64,000 nucleotides of DNA from a virus (IMGVR_UViG_3300025015_000027:3186-67185), one strand, 5' to 3'. Counted from the stretch's first letter, positions 36,683-47,005 are shown. Numbers and translations are program-made. The notes: generated by a model not told the origin, from the sequence alone.

Positions 36683-37876
36683 ATGGAAACAGCAAAATAT
36701 AAATTATCAAAAGATAAAGTTCTTGTCCTAAAAACAGCAAATTGTAACGGTAAAACCTACCTTGATTTCCAATATCCCAAAAAAGGAATGGTTCAATGCG
36801 AAGATTGGATTGACAATAACAGATGTGGAAATGGTTTACATGGTGCATTAAAGGGCGAAGGTAATGGTTCATTGTTCAGCTGGGATATTAATGCTATATG
36901 GTTGGTTATAGAAGTCAATTTATCGGATATTCGTGATTGTGATGGAAAAGTAAAATTTCCAAATGGCAATGTTATATATTATGGAAATAGAAAAAAGGCA
37001 ACAAGAATTATATATGAAACATATCACACTGCTGTTATTGGTGGTACGGCAACAGCAGGAGACGAAGGCACAGCAACAGCAGGATACAGAGGTACAGCAA
37101 TAGTAGGATACAGGAGTACAGCAATAGCAGGAGACAACGGCAAAGCAACAGCGGGAAACGAAGGCACAGCAATAGTAGGATACAAAGGTACGGCGATAGC
37201 AGGGAACAAAGGTACAGCAACGGCAGGAAACAAAGGTACAGCAACAGCAGGAGACGAAGGCACAGCAACAGTAGGGGACAACGGCACAGCAACAGCGGGA
37301 GACGAAGGCACAGCAACAGCAGGAGACAGAGGTACAGCGATAGCAAGATACAGAGGTACAGCAACAGCAGGAGACGAAGGTACAGCGATAGCAAAATACA
37401 AAGGTACAGCAACGGCAGGAGACGAAGGCAAAGCAACAGCAGGATACAGAGGTACAGCAATAGTAGGATACAGGAGTACAGCAATAGCAGGAGACAACGG
37501 CAAAGCAACAGCGGGAAACGAAGGCATAGCAATAGTAGGATACAAAGGTACGGCGATAGCAGGGAACAAAGGTACAGCAACGGCAGGGAACAAAGGTACA
37601 GCAACAGCAGGAGACGAAGGCACAGCAACAGTAGGATACAGAGGTACAGCAACGGCAGGGAACAAAGGTACAGCAACAGCAGGAAACGAAGGCACAGCAA
37701 CAGCAGGAAACGGAGGCACAGCAGCAGCGGGGAAAAAGGGAATACTAATCATTGAATATTTTCATTCAGGAATTCGCAAAAAAATAGGATACATCAGAAA
37801 AAATGGATTATGTGCCGGAAAAAAGTATAAACTTAATTCTGATTTTAAATTCATCAAAGTTAAAACAAGTGTATAA
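36683..37876 (+). CDS. Phage protein with an octapeptide (GTATAGxx) repeat solenoid
   Basis: N-terminal domain (FQYP..G.V...DW......CGNGLHG), about 28 eight-residue repeats, and C-terminal K.....LCAGKKYKL. Confidence 0.8.
   Translation: METAKYKLSKDKVLVLKTANCNGKTYLDFQYPKKGMVQCEDWIDNNRCGNGLHGALKGEGNGSLFSWDINAIWLVIEVNLSDIRDCDGKVKFPNGNVIYYGNRKKATRIIYETYHTAVIGGTATAGDEGTATAGYRGTAIVGYRSTAIAGDNGKATAGNEGTAIVGYKGTAIAGNKGTATAGNKGTATAGDEGTATVGDNGTATAGDEGTATAGDRGTAIARYRGTATAGDEGTAIAKYKGTATAGDEGKATAGYRGTAIVGYRSTAIAGDNGKATAGNEGIAIVGYKGTAIAGNKGTATAGNKGTATAGDEGTATVGYRGTATAGNKGTATAGNEGTATAGNGGTAAAGKKGILIIEYFHSGIRKKIGYIRKNGLCAGKKYKLNSDFKFIKVKTSV
37042..37730 (+). repeat. 24-bp coding tandem repeat with a 360-bp-offset block duplication
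   Basis: Unit GGTACAGCAACAGCAGGA+6 nt. Line 37081-37140 is identical to 37441-37500. Confidence 0.9.
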
Positions 37877-37934
37877 ATACCACAATTTTGAAAACATTAA
37901 ACTAACTCACAAAAAAATCAAAAAATAAAAATTT

Positions 37935-38306
37935 ATGAATATACCAACCAATATAAAACAGACAACACAAATAAAACATCCAACTTTAAAAGAAAAAAAA
38001 ATAAATGATCCATTCTATTGGAGACAAGATCAGGGAAATTATCATAGCTATATACACATAACAGATCTGGAAGATTCCCATCTTGTCGCGGTAGAGAAAA
38101 AAATTAAAACTTTTCCAAGAAATTCCACAACCCTGGGACATGGAGTAACTGATTGGATTATCAGAATCAATATTGAGAAAAGATTAAGAAAACAAGAAGA
38201 ACATAAAATATGGACATGTCTTGACAAGGCATATTTTGGAGGAAGAAGGATATCATTTATTACACAGGCTAAAATAGAAACAAGAAAAGAACTGAAAGAA
38301 TTATAA
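37935..38306 (+). CDS. Hypothetical protein
   Basis: 123-aa ORF in the co-oriented early block. Confidence 0.55.
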   Translation: MNIPTNIKQTTQIKHPTLKEKKINDPFYWRQDQGNYHSYIHITDLEDSHLVAVEKKIKTFPRNSTTLGHGVTDWIIRINIEKRLRKQEEHKIWTCLDKAYFGGRRISFITQAKIETRKELKEL

Positions 38307-38321
38307 AAAATCAACCAATAA

Positions 38322-38483
38322 ATGAAAGAATTATCTTATCATTTCGGAAAATTAAAATTGGGTAAATGGCACATATACCAAATCCAAAATGGAAAAAGAA
38401 TAACAATATTTATTGGAAAATATAAAGATGTATGGTATCAATGGAAAATAATGAACGAAAATACCATGAAAGATAATTTATAA
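38322..38483 (+). CDS. Small hypothetical protein (53 aa)
   Basis: MKELSYHFGKLKLGKWHIYQIQNG...; fills the gap, below the track cutoff. Confidence 0.45.
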   Translation: MKELSYHFGKLKLGKWHIYQIQNGKRITIFIGKYKDVWYQWKIMNENTMKDNL

Positions 38484-38495
38484 TATTAACTTACT

Positions 38496-38768
38496 ATGAT
38501 AATACAAAAAAATACATCGACAATAGAAGATCATGTCCTTATAAAAATCCATGATAGTATCCATGCTGGACATGGAGTTATCATAAATAATCAATTTTAC
38601 GATATTAATACTGAAAACAATGGATGTAAATATATAGATTTTGATAATTATAGATTTATAGAACAAAATAAAAACAAATTCAGTTTTTATGCTATAAAAG
38701 TACAAAATAATAGCAAAATAACATGGGGAATATTAAAAAATACACCATGGATATATGTAGAAAATTAA
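38496..38768 (+). CDS. Hypothetical protein
   Basis: ORF in a dense co-oriented run. Confidence 0.5.
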   Translation: MIIQKNTSTIEDHVLIKIHDSIHAGHGVIINNQFYDINTENNGCKYIDFDNYRFIEQNKNKFSFYAIKVQNNSKITWGILKNTPWIYVEN

Positions 38769-38999
38769 TAAATAATACCAAAGTGCTATATATATATATG
38801 AAATGGAAAATGATAAAATTTTTATTAATAGAAGATGATATATGGATGCTTACAATGGCAATGGAACATCACAAATCCTACTTAGAAAAAGCCAGTATAA
38901 CCGAAAAATGGATAAATAAAGAAAATGCACAGGAAGATGCAGAATTTTATAAAAAAATAATAAAATATCTAAATCTAGAAATTTATACAAAAACCAAAT

Positions 39000-39392
39000 A
39001 TGGCAAAAAGAAATTGTAAAAACAGATACAATAATTATAAACACATAACTGGTCGTTTTAACCGCAGAAAACAAAAAACCCTCGATATAAATAATTCTTT
39101 TTATGAAATAGCTGTTGTAAAAACCGGCCAACCAGATGCATTTACCAAACCGGCATTGGAAAAATCATATTACAAAGTGCCTCCTCATCAGAAAAACTTC
39201 CATGATGTTTTAAAAAAAATGGATTCCAAAAGGGGAATACATATAAATCTAAATGAAAACCTTATTTATATTAATAAAGAAGAAACAACTGGCAATAAAA
39301 CATGGGGAAATATAAATTTTCTTGTAAAAACCGCAGGAATGAAATACGTAATTGTAAGTGCCGAAACATTTAAAAAAGCCATAAGAAAATGA
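39000..39392 (+). CDS. Hypothetical protein
   Basis: 130 aa, overlaps its neighbours. Confidence 0.55.
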   Translation: MAKRNCKNRYNNYKHITGRFNRRKQKTLDINNSFYEIAVVKTGQPDAFTKPALEKSYYKVPPHQKNFHDVLKKMDSKRGIHINLNENLIYINKEETTGNKTWGNINFLVKTAGMKYVIVSAETFKKAIRK

Positions 39393-39922
39393 AAATAAAT
39401 TTTAAAAATATTGTTTGTCATGGCAGAACTTTTGCCGATTATTTAGAATATGCCTTCGACAAAAAAACACATTATCAACAAGAGGTTCCATGTAAATTTC
39501 ATTTTCATTCAGATAAGGTACATTTAACTTCCCATAACAAAAATATTAGCGTAACATCCATAGATAAAACACCATTAAATAAAAAAAATATCTCTATTTG
39601 TTTAATAGATAAATGTGACACCAGGCCTCTTCCAATAACTATTTATCCTGTTTTCTTCAAAGAAAAAATACTATGTAACTGTAGTGATTTTTATATAAAA
39701 AATAAAAAAATATTACCCAACGAAATATTTCCAATAAAAATGTTCTGGAATATTTTTGATGAAACCATAGACTTAATAAAAAGCGGCAAACAGGAAAAAA
39801 GAATTATAAAACTTTTATTTAAAAAATATAATGATTTTAAAATAATAAAAAAAGAAAAATTTTGTAACAAAAATTATATTTCTATAGAAAAAAACGGAAA
39901 AATTAAAATTATTACAATATGA
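39389..39922 (+). CDS. Hypothetical protein
   Basis: 177 aa, ATGA-coupled on both sides. Confidence 0.5.
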   Translation: MKINFKNIVCHGRTFADYLEYAFDKKTHYQQEVPCKFHFHSDKVHLTSHNKNISVTSIDKTPLNKKNISICLIDKCDTRPLPITIYPVFFKEKILCNCSDFYIKNKKILPNEIFPIKMFWNIFDETIDLIKSGKQEKRIIKLLFKKYNDFKIIKKEKFCNKNYISIEKNGKIKIITI

Positions 39923-41169
39923 GCGATCTATTTATTAATTATGCCACAAATAATAACAATAATAAAATATATTATCTAAATCAACGGTGTTTTTCCGAAG
40001 TTTTCTATAAACCAAAAATGGAAAAAATAATAACCTATATACCTCTTGAAAGAATTTATCGTGAAAAACACTCAGAATTTTCCCCATTATCACCAAAGAC
40101 AATATTCTGGTTTATTGAAAAATTAAAAAATATTGGAATTGAATGTTTTGTCTCATTTGTTAATAGTGCATTAGAAAAAGAAAAAACAGAATTAAAAGGA
40201 AAAATTTTAAAAATTACATGGAAAAGTAATAAGAATAATTCTTATTTATTTAAAGTTGTATTTACTCTAATAAGATATACTTATGAAAAAGACTTTTCCA
40301 ATCAAATAAATGATATATATAATACAAACCCATTTATGTCATGGGGTAACATAATGAAAAAACTTTCGGCTGATAGAGAATATCTATATCCTGGACATTC
40401 TTTGTTCTTTTGTTCTCGTGATATTATAACCCATGAAAAAGAAATGAAATTTATAAATACACATTATAATCATTATCCATTTATGTCCGTAAATCAAACA
40501 TTTACAAAAAACATAAATTCAGATAGAAGAATATATTGCATGGGAGATACGAAATATGCTGAATGGCTCAAAAATTATATGTACGTGGAAATTGTATCCG
40601 ATATAGATAAATGCGATATTGTACTATTTACCGGAGGGGAAGATGTAACTCCATCGTTTTATGAAGAACCGTCACATCCCCATACATGTTCCAACATATC
40701 TCGTGATGAAAATGAAAAAAAGATCTTTGAAATAGCAAGAAAAAGTAATAAAAAAATGCTTGGAATATGTAGAGGTTCACAATTTTTATGTGTTATGAAC
40801 GGAGGAAAACTTATTCAGGATATTAATAACCATTGTGGAGATCATAGCATAATCCTAAATTGGAAATGGTTTAAAAATAAAAAAATTGTTGTTTCTTCCA
40901 CCCATCATCAAATAATGTATCCATATAATCTTTTATCATCCCAATATAATATTATCGGCTATGCAAACAAATGCACTAGTTATAACGGCATCCCAACAAA
41001 CTCATCAGTTCCGGTTTGCGGAAAATTCAAAGAACCAGAAATAGTGTTTTTTCCCCATACAAAATGTTTATGTATTCAATCTCATCCGGAAATAATGCAA
41101 AAAGATAAAAATCAAGAAGCAATAGCAAGTATTATTCACTGGTTTTTGTATTCAAAAATCGAACAATAA
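39919..41169 (+). CDS. Class I glutamine amidotransferase (peptidase C26-like) with unknown N-terminal domain
   Basis: LFTGGEDV, GICRGSQFL (nucleophile Cys), HHQ, QSHPE (His-Glu). Confidence 0.85.
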   Translation: MSDLFINYATNNNNNKIYYLNQRCFSEVFYKPKMEKIITYIPLERIYREKHSEFSPLSPKTIFWFIEKLKNIGIECFVSFVNSALEKEKTELKGKILKITWKSNKNNSYLFKVVFTLIRYTYEKDFSNQINDIYNTNPFMSWGNIMKKLSADREYLYPGHSLFFCSRDIITHEKEMKFINTHYNHYPFMSVNQTFTKNINSDRRIYCMGDTKYAEWLKNYMYVEIVSDIDKCDIVLFTGGEDVTPSFYEEPSHPHTCSNISRDENEKKIFEIARKSNKKMLGICRGSQFLCVMNGGKLIQDINNHCGDHSIILNWKWFKNKKIVVSSTHHQIMYPYNLLSSQYNIIGYANKCTSYNGIPTNSSVPVCGKFKEPEIVFFPHTKCLCIQSHPEIMQKDKNQEAIASIIHWFLYSKIEQ

Positions 41170-41237
41170 TGTATATATATGTGAAAAAGATAAAAAATAT
41201 AGTTTTATGGCAATGGTTTGTTTATAAAATAAAAATT

Positions 41238-41259
41238 ATAGTGGCAATATCGCCACTAT
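41238..41259. terminator. Perfect 8-bp hairpin in an intergenic gap
   Basis: ATAGTGGC-AATATC-GCCACTAT. The A-run lies on its 5' side, so the U-tail would be on the minus strand. Confidence 0.35.
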
Positions 41260-41350
41260 CTCCATTGTTTAAATTAATCTGAATAAAAAACCATAAAATG
41301 CAACCATCAAATTTGTTTTTGAACAAATATTTTGCAAAAAGACCTGATAA

Positions 41351-41605
41351 TTGTTTAATTGTAAATTAATAAATTATATTATGACATCAATAGACACACG
41401 CCCTTGTCCTAATTGTTTGGAGCCAGCTGATTTTATGATAGAAACCCGTCCATTTGAAAGAGAATACATACAATGTAATTATTGTGGACTTGCCATTTAT
41501 CCCAAAATAAGATACATGAGTTTAAAAGAATTAAATGAAATCAGAAAAGATAGTGAAATGACAATGTTGAAAAAATTGCCAAAACAAAATAAAAACTTAT
41601 TTTAA
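41351..41605 (+). CDS. Small zinc-ribbon protein
   Basis: CPNC...CNYCG. Probable start at the later ATG (MTSIDTRPCPNC). Confidence 0.55.
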   Translation: MFNCKLINYIMTSIDTRPCPNCLEPADFMIETRPFEREYIQCNYCGLAIYPKIRYMSLKELNEIRKDSEMTMLKKLPKQNKNLF

Positions 41606-41629
41606 TAATTTATAATTAAATAAAAAACC

Positions 41630-42448
41630 ATGAATAATAAAATAATAATAGGTGCGGACATAGAAGTATTTTTATATGATAAAAAAAACAAAAAATGTAT
41701 TAGTGCTATAGATATTATTAGTGGTACAAAGAAAAATCCATTAAAATTAACAGAATCTGGTTTTGCGGTATCCCATGACAATGTTCTTGCTGAGTTTAAT
41801 ATAGAACCAGCAATTAATCGCAATGGTTTTATTAAAAATATTTATTTTATGCTTGAGCATATTCCCAAGATCATACCTGATGAACTAACAATATTAACCA
41901 AAGCATCTGCCAATTATAACGAAGATCAATTAAAAAACCCTTTAGCGTTGGAGTTTGGATGTGAACCAGATTTCAATGTTTATTCCAATACGGAAAACAA
42001 AATCAATCAATATGCTGGACTTAAACCATTAAGATGTGCTGGATTTCATGTTCATATAGGATTTGATAATAAAACAAAAGAAAACCAATGGAACATAATT
42101 AAAATGATGGATTTATATCTGGGGGTTCCATCTGTTTTAATAGATAAAGATATACAAAGAAGAAAACTATATGGAAAAGCCGGTGCTTTTAGGCCTACTG
42201 AATGGGGTGTAGAATATAGAGTTTTATCAGGATTTTTTGCTTCATCTGTAAATTTAATCGGGTGGGTATATGATAACGCATTAAGGGCTACGGAAATGGC
42301 TTTAAAGAGTGATCTTTATGATATACGGTATATGCTTTCCATTATAAATTCCATAAACAATAATAATAAATCTTTGGCCATGAAAATAATTAAAGAAAAC
42401 AATGTTCCAATGCCAAATAATTACAAACAATTTGTTTTTGTAAAATAA
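41630..42448 (+). CDS. phiEco32-like COOH-NH2 ligase type 2
   Basis: IGADIEVFL, DNVLAEFN, GCEPDFN, RCAGFHVHIG, RRKLYGKAG, GVEYRVLS. Confidence 0.88.
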   Translation: MNNKIIIGADIEVFLYDKKNKKCISAIDIISGTKKNPLKLTESGFAVSHDNVLAEFNIEPAINRNGFIKNIYFMLEHIPKIIPDELTILTKASANYNEDQLKNPLALEFGCEPDFNVYSNTENKINQYAGLKPLRCAGFHVHIGFDNKTKENQWNIIKMMDLYLGVPSVLIDKDIQRRKLYGKAGAFRPTEWGVEYRVLSGFFASSVNLIGWVYDNALRATEMALKSDLYDIRYMLSIINSINNNNKSLAMKIIKENNVPMPNNYKQFVFVK

Positions 42449-42696
42449 TAATAATTATAAAAGTAACACACGACAATATTCAAAAACCTATAAACATGGG
42501 CAGTAATATTATGTATGTTAGAAAGGGAGAATTTGTTGGTTGTATTGTCTATTATCAAACGGATACCATTATAAAAAAAGATATAAATCTAAATACAATG
42601 ATAAATACTATGGATGATGATGCTGTTTTTTCCATGGAACAATTAGGGAAATTTGTAAAAAAAAAGCAAAAAAAGTCTTAAAATTAATTAATTTTT

Positions 42697-43500
42697 ATGA
42701 AAGTAAAAATATTGAAAATATGGAAAACACACAATAAATTAGTTAACAAAATAGAATATCCAGAACCAGCAATGGTAAGAATGGGATATGGATGGAATAA
42801 AAATGCCGATAATAACAAACTCGTAATTAACAGTTATAATGCTATAATTACATGTATCAATAAATGGGAAACAAAAAAAACATGGTTAAATAATAATATT
42901 AATACTCCAGCGGCATATTATTATGACAAGGAAAATAATAAAGTACGGTCTGTAACAGAATATGATGTTATAGAACCCAAAACATTTGCTGAAAACAGAT
43001 TGCCCATTATACAAAAATTAGCAGGACAAAGAAGATGGGGAGAAGGGATGAAATTAATAAATACCAAAAAAAAATTTATGAACTCTTTAAAAAATTATGA
43101 ACATAAGAAATATTATGAACTTTTCTTTAATTATCCCAATGAATACAGAGTTCATGTTTCTTTACTTGGAGAAGTTCATGCCGCCCAAAAAATCCAATGG
43201 AAAAAACAAAAAAATAAATGGTGTTATGATAGTAGGACAATAGATTTCACATCTTATTTTAAAATTCCAAAATGGTGGGATAAAATGATAATGGAATGTA
43301 TAAAAGCCATTAAGCTTATAAAACTAGATATTGGCGGGTTTGATATCAAAGGAGATAATAATGATTTTACTATCTTGGAAGTTAATTCTGCACCAAGCCT
43401 TTCAGAAACAAGCGGAAATAAATATATTGTACATATTCCAAGACTTCTTGATTTTAAATATAAACAACATGATGGAAGAACATGTTATAAAGAAAATTAA
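42697..43500 (+). CDS. ATP-grasp ligase
   Basis: KWETKK, EYRVHV, IGGFDI, ILEVNSAPSL. Confidence 0.85.
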   Translation: MKVKILKIWKTHNKLVNKIEYPEPAMVRMGYGWNKNADNNKLVINSYNAIITCINKWETKKTWLNNNINTPAAYYYDKENNKVRSVTEYDVIEPKTFAENRLPIIQKLAGQRRWGEGMKLINTKKKFMNSLKNYEHKKYYELFFNYPNEYRVHVSLLGEVHAAQKIQWKKQKNKWCYDSRTIDFTSYFKIPKWWDKMIMECIKAIKLIKLDIGGFDIKGDNNDFTILEVNSAPSLSETSGNKYIVHIPRLLDFKYKQHDGRTCYKEN

Positions 43501-43541
43501 CATTATAAAAAAATATAATAACAAATTTAATATCGAATAAT

Positions 43542-44420
43542 ATGTGTGGAATTACTGGTTATATCGGCAATGTGCCATTTAGTGAAGATAAAATAAAACT
43601 TCTAATGTTATATAACGAATCCAGGGGTAAAGATTCTACCGGATATTATACTCCAATAAGTGATATACAAAAATCAATTAGTGAACCCAATGTTTTTTTG
43701 TCTAAAAAAATAAAAGAAGATATACTTTTCATTGGTCATTGCAGAAGGGCATCCATGGGAATGATAAATTTATTCAATGCTCATCCTTTTAAATATAGTA
43801 ATATAGTGGGTATACACAATGGACATATAAAAGAATGGAAAAATTTATTACCATCAGAAGACAAAAGTATCAATATTTCATTAGATTCTGCCGCTCTGAT
43901 TTTTTTGCTTGCAAAATATAAAGATCCGAGAATATTAATAGAACTACCGGGTTCCGTTGCTGTATTATTTGCCGATACGAGACAAAATTTTTTATTTGCT
44001 TTCAGAAATAAAGAAAGGCCATTGTACTATTCACAAAAAAAACATCAAACATATATTTCATCCATACCATTTTCATTACAAGCAATAGGATTTGAAAATA
44101 TTGAAGAATTTAAAGACGATTTAATATACAAAATATTACCTGATGGAACCATGGAAAACGTTTCGTTATTATATAATGATGAAATAAATGCACGTTTAAA
44201 TACAGATATAGTGGCAATGGGAGGAAAACATAAAAATAAAAAAGTAGCTTTTAAGAATGAAATGATAAAAATAAAAATTAATAAAAAAGATAATTCCGCG
44301 TCTTTTAAGAGTTCTATTTATCAGGAAAGTGAATATATAATAAATAAAGAAAATTTTAATATAGAAAATGTAGAAAATTTTAATATAGAAAAAGAAGAAA
44401 TGATAGAAGAAAATATATAA
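43542..44420 (+). CDS. Class II (Ntn) glutamine amidotransferase
   Basis: N-terminal MCGITG, RGKDSTG, GHCRRAS, NAHPF, HNG, DSA and RPL. Confidence 0.88.
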   Translation: MCGITGYIGNVPFSEDKIKLLMLYNESRGKDSTGYYTPISDIQKSISEPNVFLSKKIKEDILFIGHCRRASMGMINLFNAHPFKYSNIVGIHNGHIKEWKNLLPSEDKSINISLDSAALIFLLAKYKDPRILIELPGSVAVLFADTRQNFLFAFRNKERPLYYSQKKHQTYISSIPFSLQAIGFENIEEFKDDLIYKILPDGTMENVSLLYNDEINARLNTDIVAMGGKHKNKKVAFKNEMIKIKINKKDNSASFKSSIYQESEYIINKENFNIENVENFNIEKEEMIEENI

Positions 44421-44424
44421 AAAT

Positions 44425-45891
44425 ATGGAAAACGAATATTACACCAACATACCTGTTTTATCCACCATATCCATTAAACAAGAAATTGTTTCCATATACA
44501 AAAATCATAAAAACAATAAATATATATTTGATTTTGCCAATGTTGCAACACTTTGTAAATCGCCAATAGTTTTATTTCATAAAAGTGAAATTGATGATGA
44601 TTTTTATATTGAATATGTCAAATATATGCATCCAATCCAGATAAACAATAATAACATGGTTATGATCGCCATTGTATATCCGGAGGTGTGTAGAATGAAA
44701 TTTAAAAGAGATAAAAAATATAATATATACTTTTCACATTTGGCATATTCATCAAGATCGTCTATTGGCAATATCGATACATTGCCAATGGAAATAATAC
44801 CAGATACGAATGATAAAAGAAAAATATTTTATGATTATAAATGTGTATCTTTATGCCCTCAAAGTACAAAAACATTTGAATATAAAAAATTTCTATCATC
44901 TATTGGAATAACGGCCAACAGATCGTTTTTAACAGAAAATAATCCATATACTTTTGGAGTGGAAATAGAAACATCTGCGGGTTATGTTTTTTCAGATGTA
45001 TGGTCTTTAAAATGTGATGTAAAATGTGTTCGGGATGGAAGTATCAGTGCACAAGAATATGTTACCTTACCACTTACGGGAGACAATGGAATGAACTCAT
45101 TACAGGACATTTTTTTTAGAATAAGTAAATTTTGTAAAATTGATCAAGATTGCGGATTACATATTCATATTGGCAATATGATATTTAATAAATTAAATAT
45201 CATTGCTTTATATAAAATTTGTTTATCAATAGAAAATGAAATTTTTAATATAATGCCATATCATAGAAGGGATAATGATACCTGTAAAAGATTAAAACAT
45301 TTTGATGAATTAGTTCTAAATGATGACAAATACGATAAAATAAAGAAAGAATATGTTGTAAGAAAAATATATGATTTTTTATTTTATCAATATCATGGAG
45401 AAAAATTTACCGATGATCGTCACAATAAAAATCATATACATGAAAAAGGGATTAAATGCGGATATGATCACAAAACCATGAGATATTGTTGGTTGAATCT
45501 TCAACATGCCATGATGTTATGTAAAACTTCAAATCCATACGTAAAATCTCTTGGGACTGTTGAATTTAGAATACACGAAGGAACTCTTAATTATGAAATG
45601 GCTAGAAATTGGATACTTGTTTGTATGGGAATAATAAAATATTCCGAAAACAATGCATCCTCCATAGTTTTGTATAATAAAATGCCTAATTTAGAGGAAA
45701 TACTTAAAGATACATATTCACAACATTGTAATTATTTGTTAAAATATGTAAAAAAAAGAGAAAAAATATCTAAATATTCCGAAGAATCACAAAAAGAATA
45801 TTTTACCCATAGTATTACAAATGAAATAATACCAATGTCTAAACAAATAAAATTTATTAAAAATTCAAAATATGAAACAAATATTTTATAA
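44425..45891 (+). CDS. Putative amidoligase (Amidoligase_2-like)
   Basis: FGVEIET, DGSI, EYVT, CGLHIHIG, RY..LN, TVEFRIHEGT. Confidence 0.85.
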   Translation: MENEYYTNIPVLSTISIKQEIVSIYKNHKNNKYIFDFANVATLCKSPIVLFHKSEIDDDFYIEYVKYMHPIQINNNNMVMIAIVYPEVCRMKFKRDKKYNIYFSHLAYSSRSSIGNIDTLPMEIIPDTNDKRKIFYDYKCVSLCPQSTKTFEYKKFLSSIGITANRSFLTENNPYTFGVEIETSAGYVFSDVWSLKCDVKCVRDGSISAQEYVTLPLTGDNGMNSLQDIFFRISKFCKIDQDCGLHIHIGNMIFNKLNIIALYKICLSIENEIFNIMPYHRRDNDTCKRLKHFDELVLNDDKYDKIKKEYVVRKIYDFLFYQYHGEKFTDDRHNKNHIHEKGIKCGYDHKTMRYCWLNLQHAMMLCKTSNPYVKSLGTVEFRIHEGTLNYEMARNWILVCMGIIKYSENNASSIVLYNKMPNLEEILKDTYSQHCNYLLKYVKKREKISKYSEESQKEYFTHSITNEIIPMSKQIKFIKNSKYETNIL

Positions 45892-47005
45892 ACCAGCTGG
45901 GGTAAAATTTGAAAAATTCAATAACATACAATCACATGATACTTTATATAGGATTAACAATACCAGTATAGGATTAAGTATAAAAACGAAAGATGGACAT
46001 GTTTTTTTTCAAAAAAACATTGAATACATGGAGGAAGCAAAAGAAATATTAAAAAAAATGAAAGCATGTGATAGTGATGAAATTATAATTTCCTGTATTG
46101 GTGAAAAAGATAAAATATTTTACGGATTAAGAAATCCATTGTATATAACCCCACGTGGGATAAAAGAATACATTTTTTCATGTCAATTATTTCCAGATGC
46201 AAATTATGAAGATCAAATAGTTCTTTTTCACAATGGCGATGTATCAACATACATCATAGTAAATAAAATAGTGACATCATTATTGCAAAAGACAGATATA
46301 AAAAGTTATATTTGTGAAGATATGAATATTTCCAATATTTCAAACCATATTATCATATTACGTGCAGGGAAAAAAAATGAAACAATAAAAATCGGCAATT
46401 GGGATAAACAAGAAGATTGGTTTGTTTCCAATATCGCAGATAAACAAAAAAATTCAATAACACCGATGGGAACAAATGATTATTTATTTTCCCATATGGG
46501 GTATGTGCAAAATAATTACGAAAACAATAATAAAGCAAAATTCGTACAAAAACTTTTTACCATAAATATTTCCAATAATATTAAATATGAAAAAATTGTT
46601 TCTTTATTTAATAATATAGATAAAATAAATACTGATGGAATATTTTTTATCCCAGAACCATTATCGTTTTATAAAATATCAGACAATACTGAAAAATTTA
46701 TATATTTAAGAAATCAGTTTTCGCCAGATACCATGATTGTTGAACGAAAAGATTTTAATGGTGTATTTGAGGAATTGTTTCTTAGTGCTACAGATCGATA
46801 TGGTTTTTGGGATATTGAAGAAAAAATAACTACAAAAAACATAGATTGCCTCATTAATGATACAGAACTTAAAATAAGCAGAAATGGTTATAATTCCAAA
46901 CTTAAAAAAATCAGTAAAAAAATTATTTCAATAAACTTACTTTATCTTCTTTATGAAAAAAAATACAACAAAGAAGAATCCTATATGTCAAATGTGCGTT
47001 ATTAA
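45872..47005 (+). CDS. Degenerate Ntn-GATase-like protein lacking the catalytic N-terminal Cys
   Basis: VLFHNG and a DGHVFFQK...EIII pattern, but no MCG start. Weak. Confidence 0.4.
   Translation: MKQIFYKPAGVKFEKFNNIQSHDTLYRINNTSIGLSIKTKDGHVFFQKNIEYMEEAKEILKKMKACDSDEIIISCIGEKDKIFYGLRNPLYITPRGIKEYIFSCQLFPDANYEDQIVLFHNGDVSTYIIVNKIVTSLLQKTDIKSYICEDMNISNISNHIIILRAGKKNETIKIGNWDKQEDWFVSNIADKQKNSITPMGTNDYLFSHMGYVQNNYENNNKAKFVQKLFTINISNNIKYEKIVSLFNNIDKINTDGIFFIPEPLSFYKISDNTEKFIYLRNQFSPDTMIVERKDFNGVFEELFLSATDRYGFWDIEEKITTKNIDCLINDTELKISRNGYNSKLKKISKKIISINLLYLLYEKKYNKEESYMSNVRY

Noticed and set aside
37024-37752. Antisense ORFs of 242 and 221 aa (PAVAVP and LLLLCL repeats)
   Set aside because: Shadow frames of the 24-bp coding repeat on the opposite strand.
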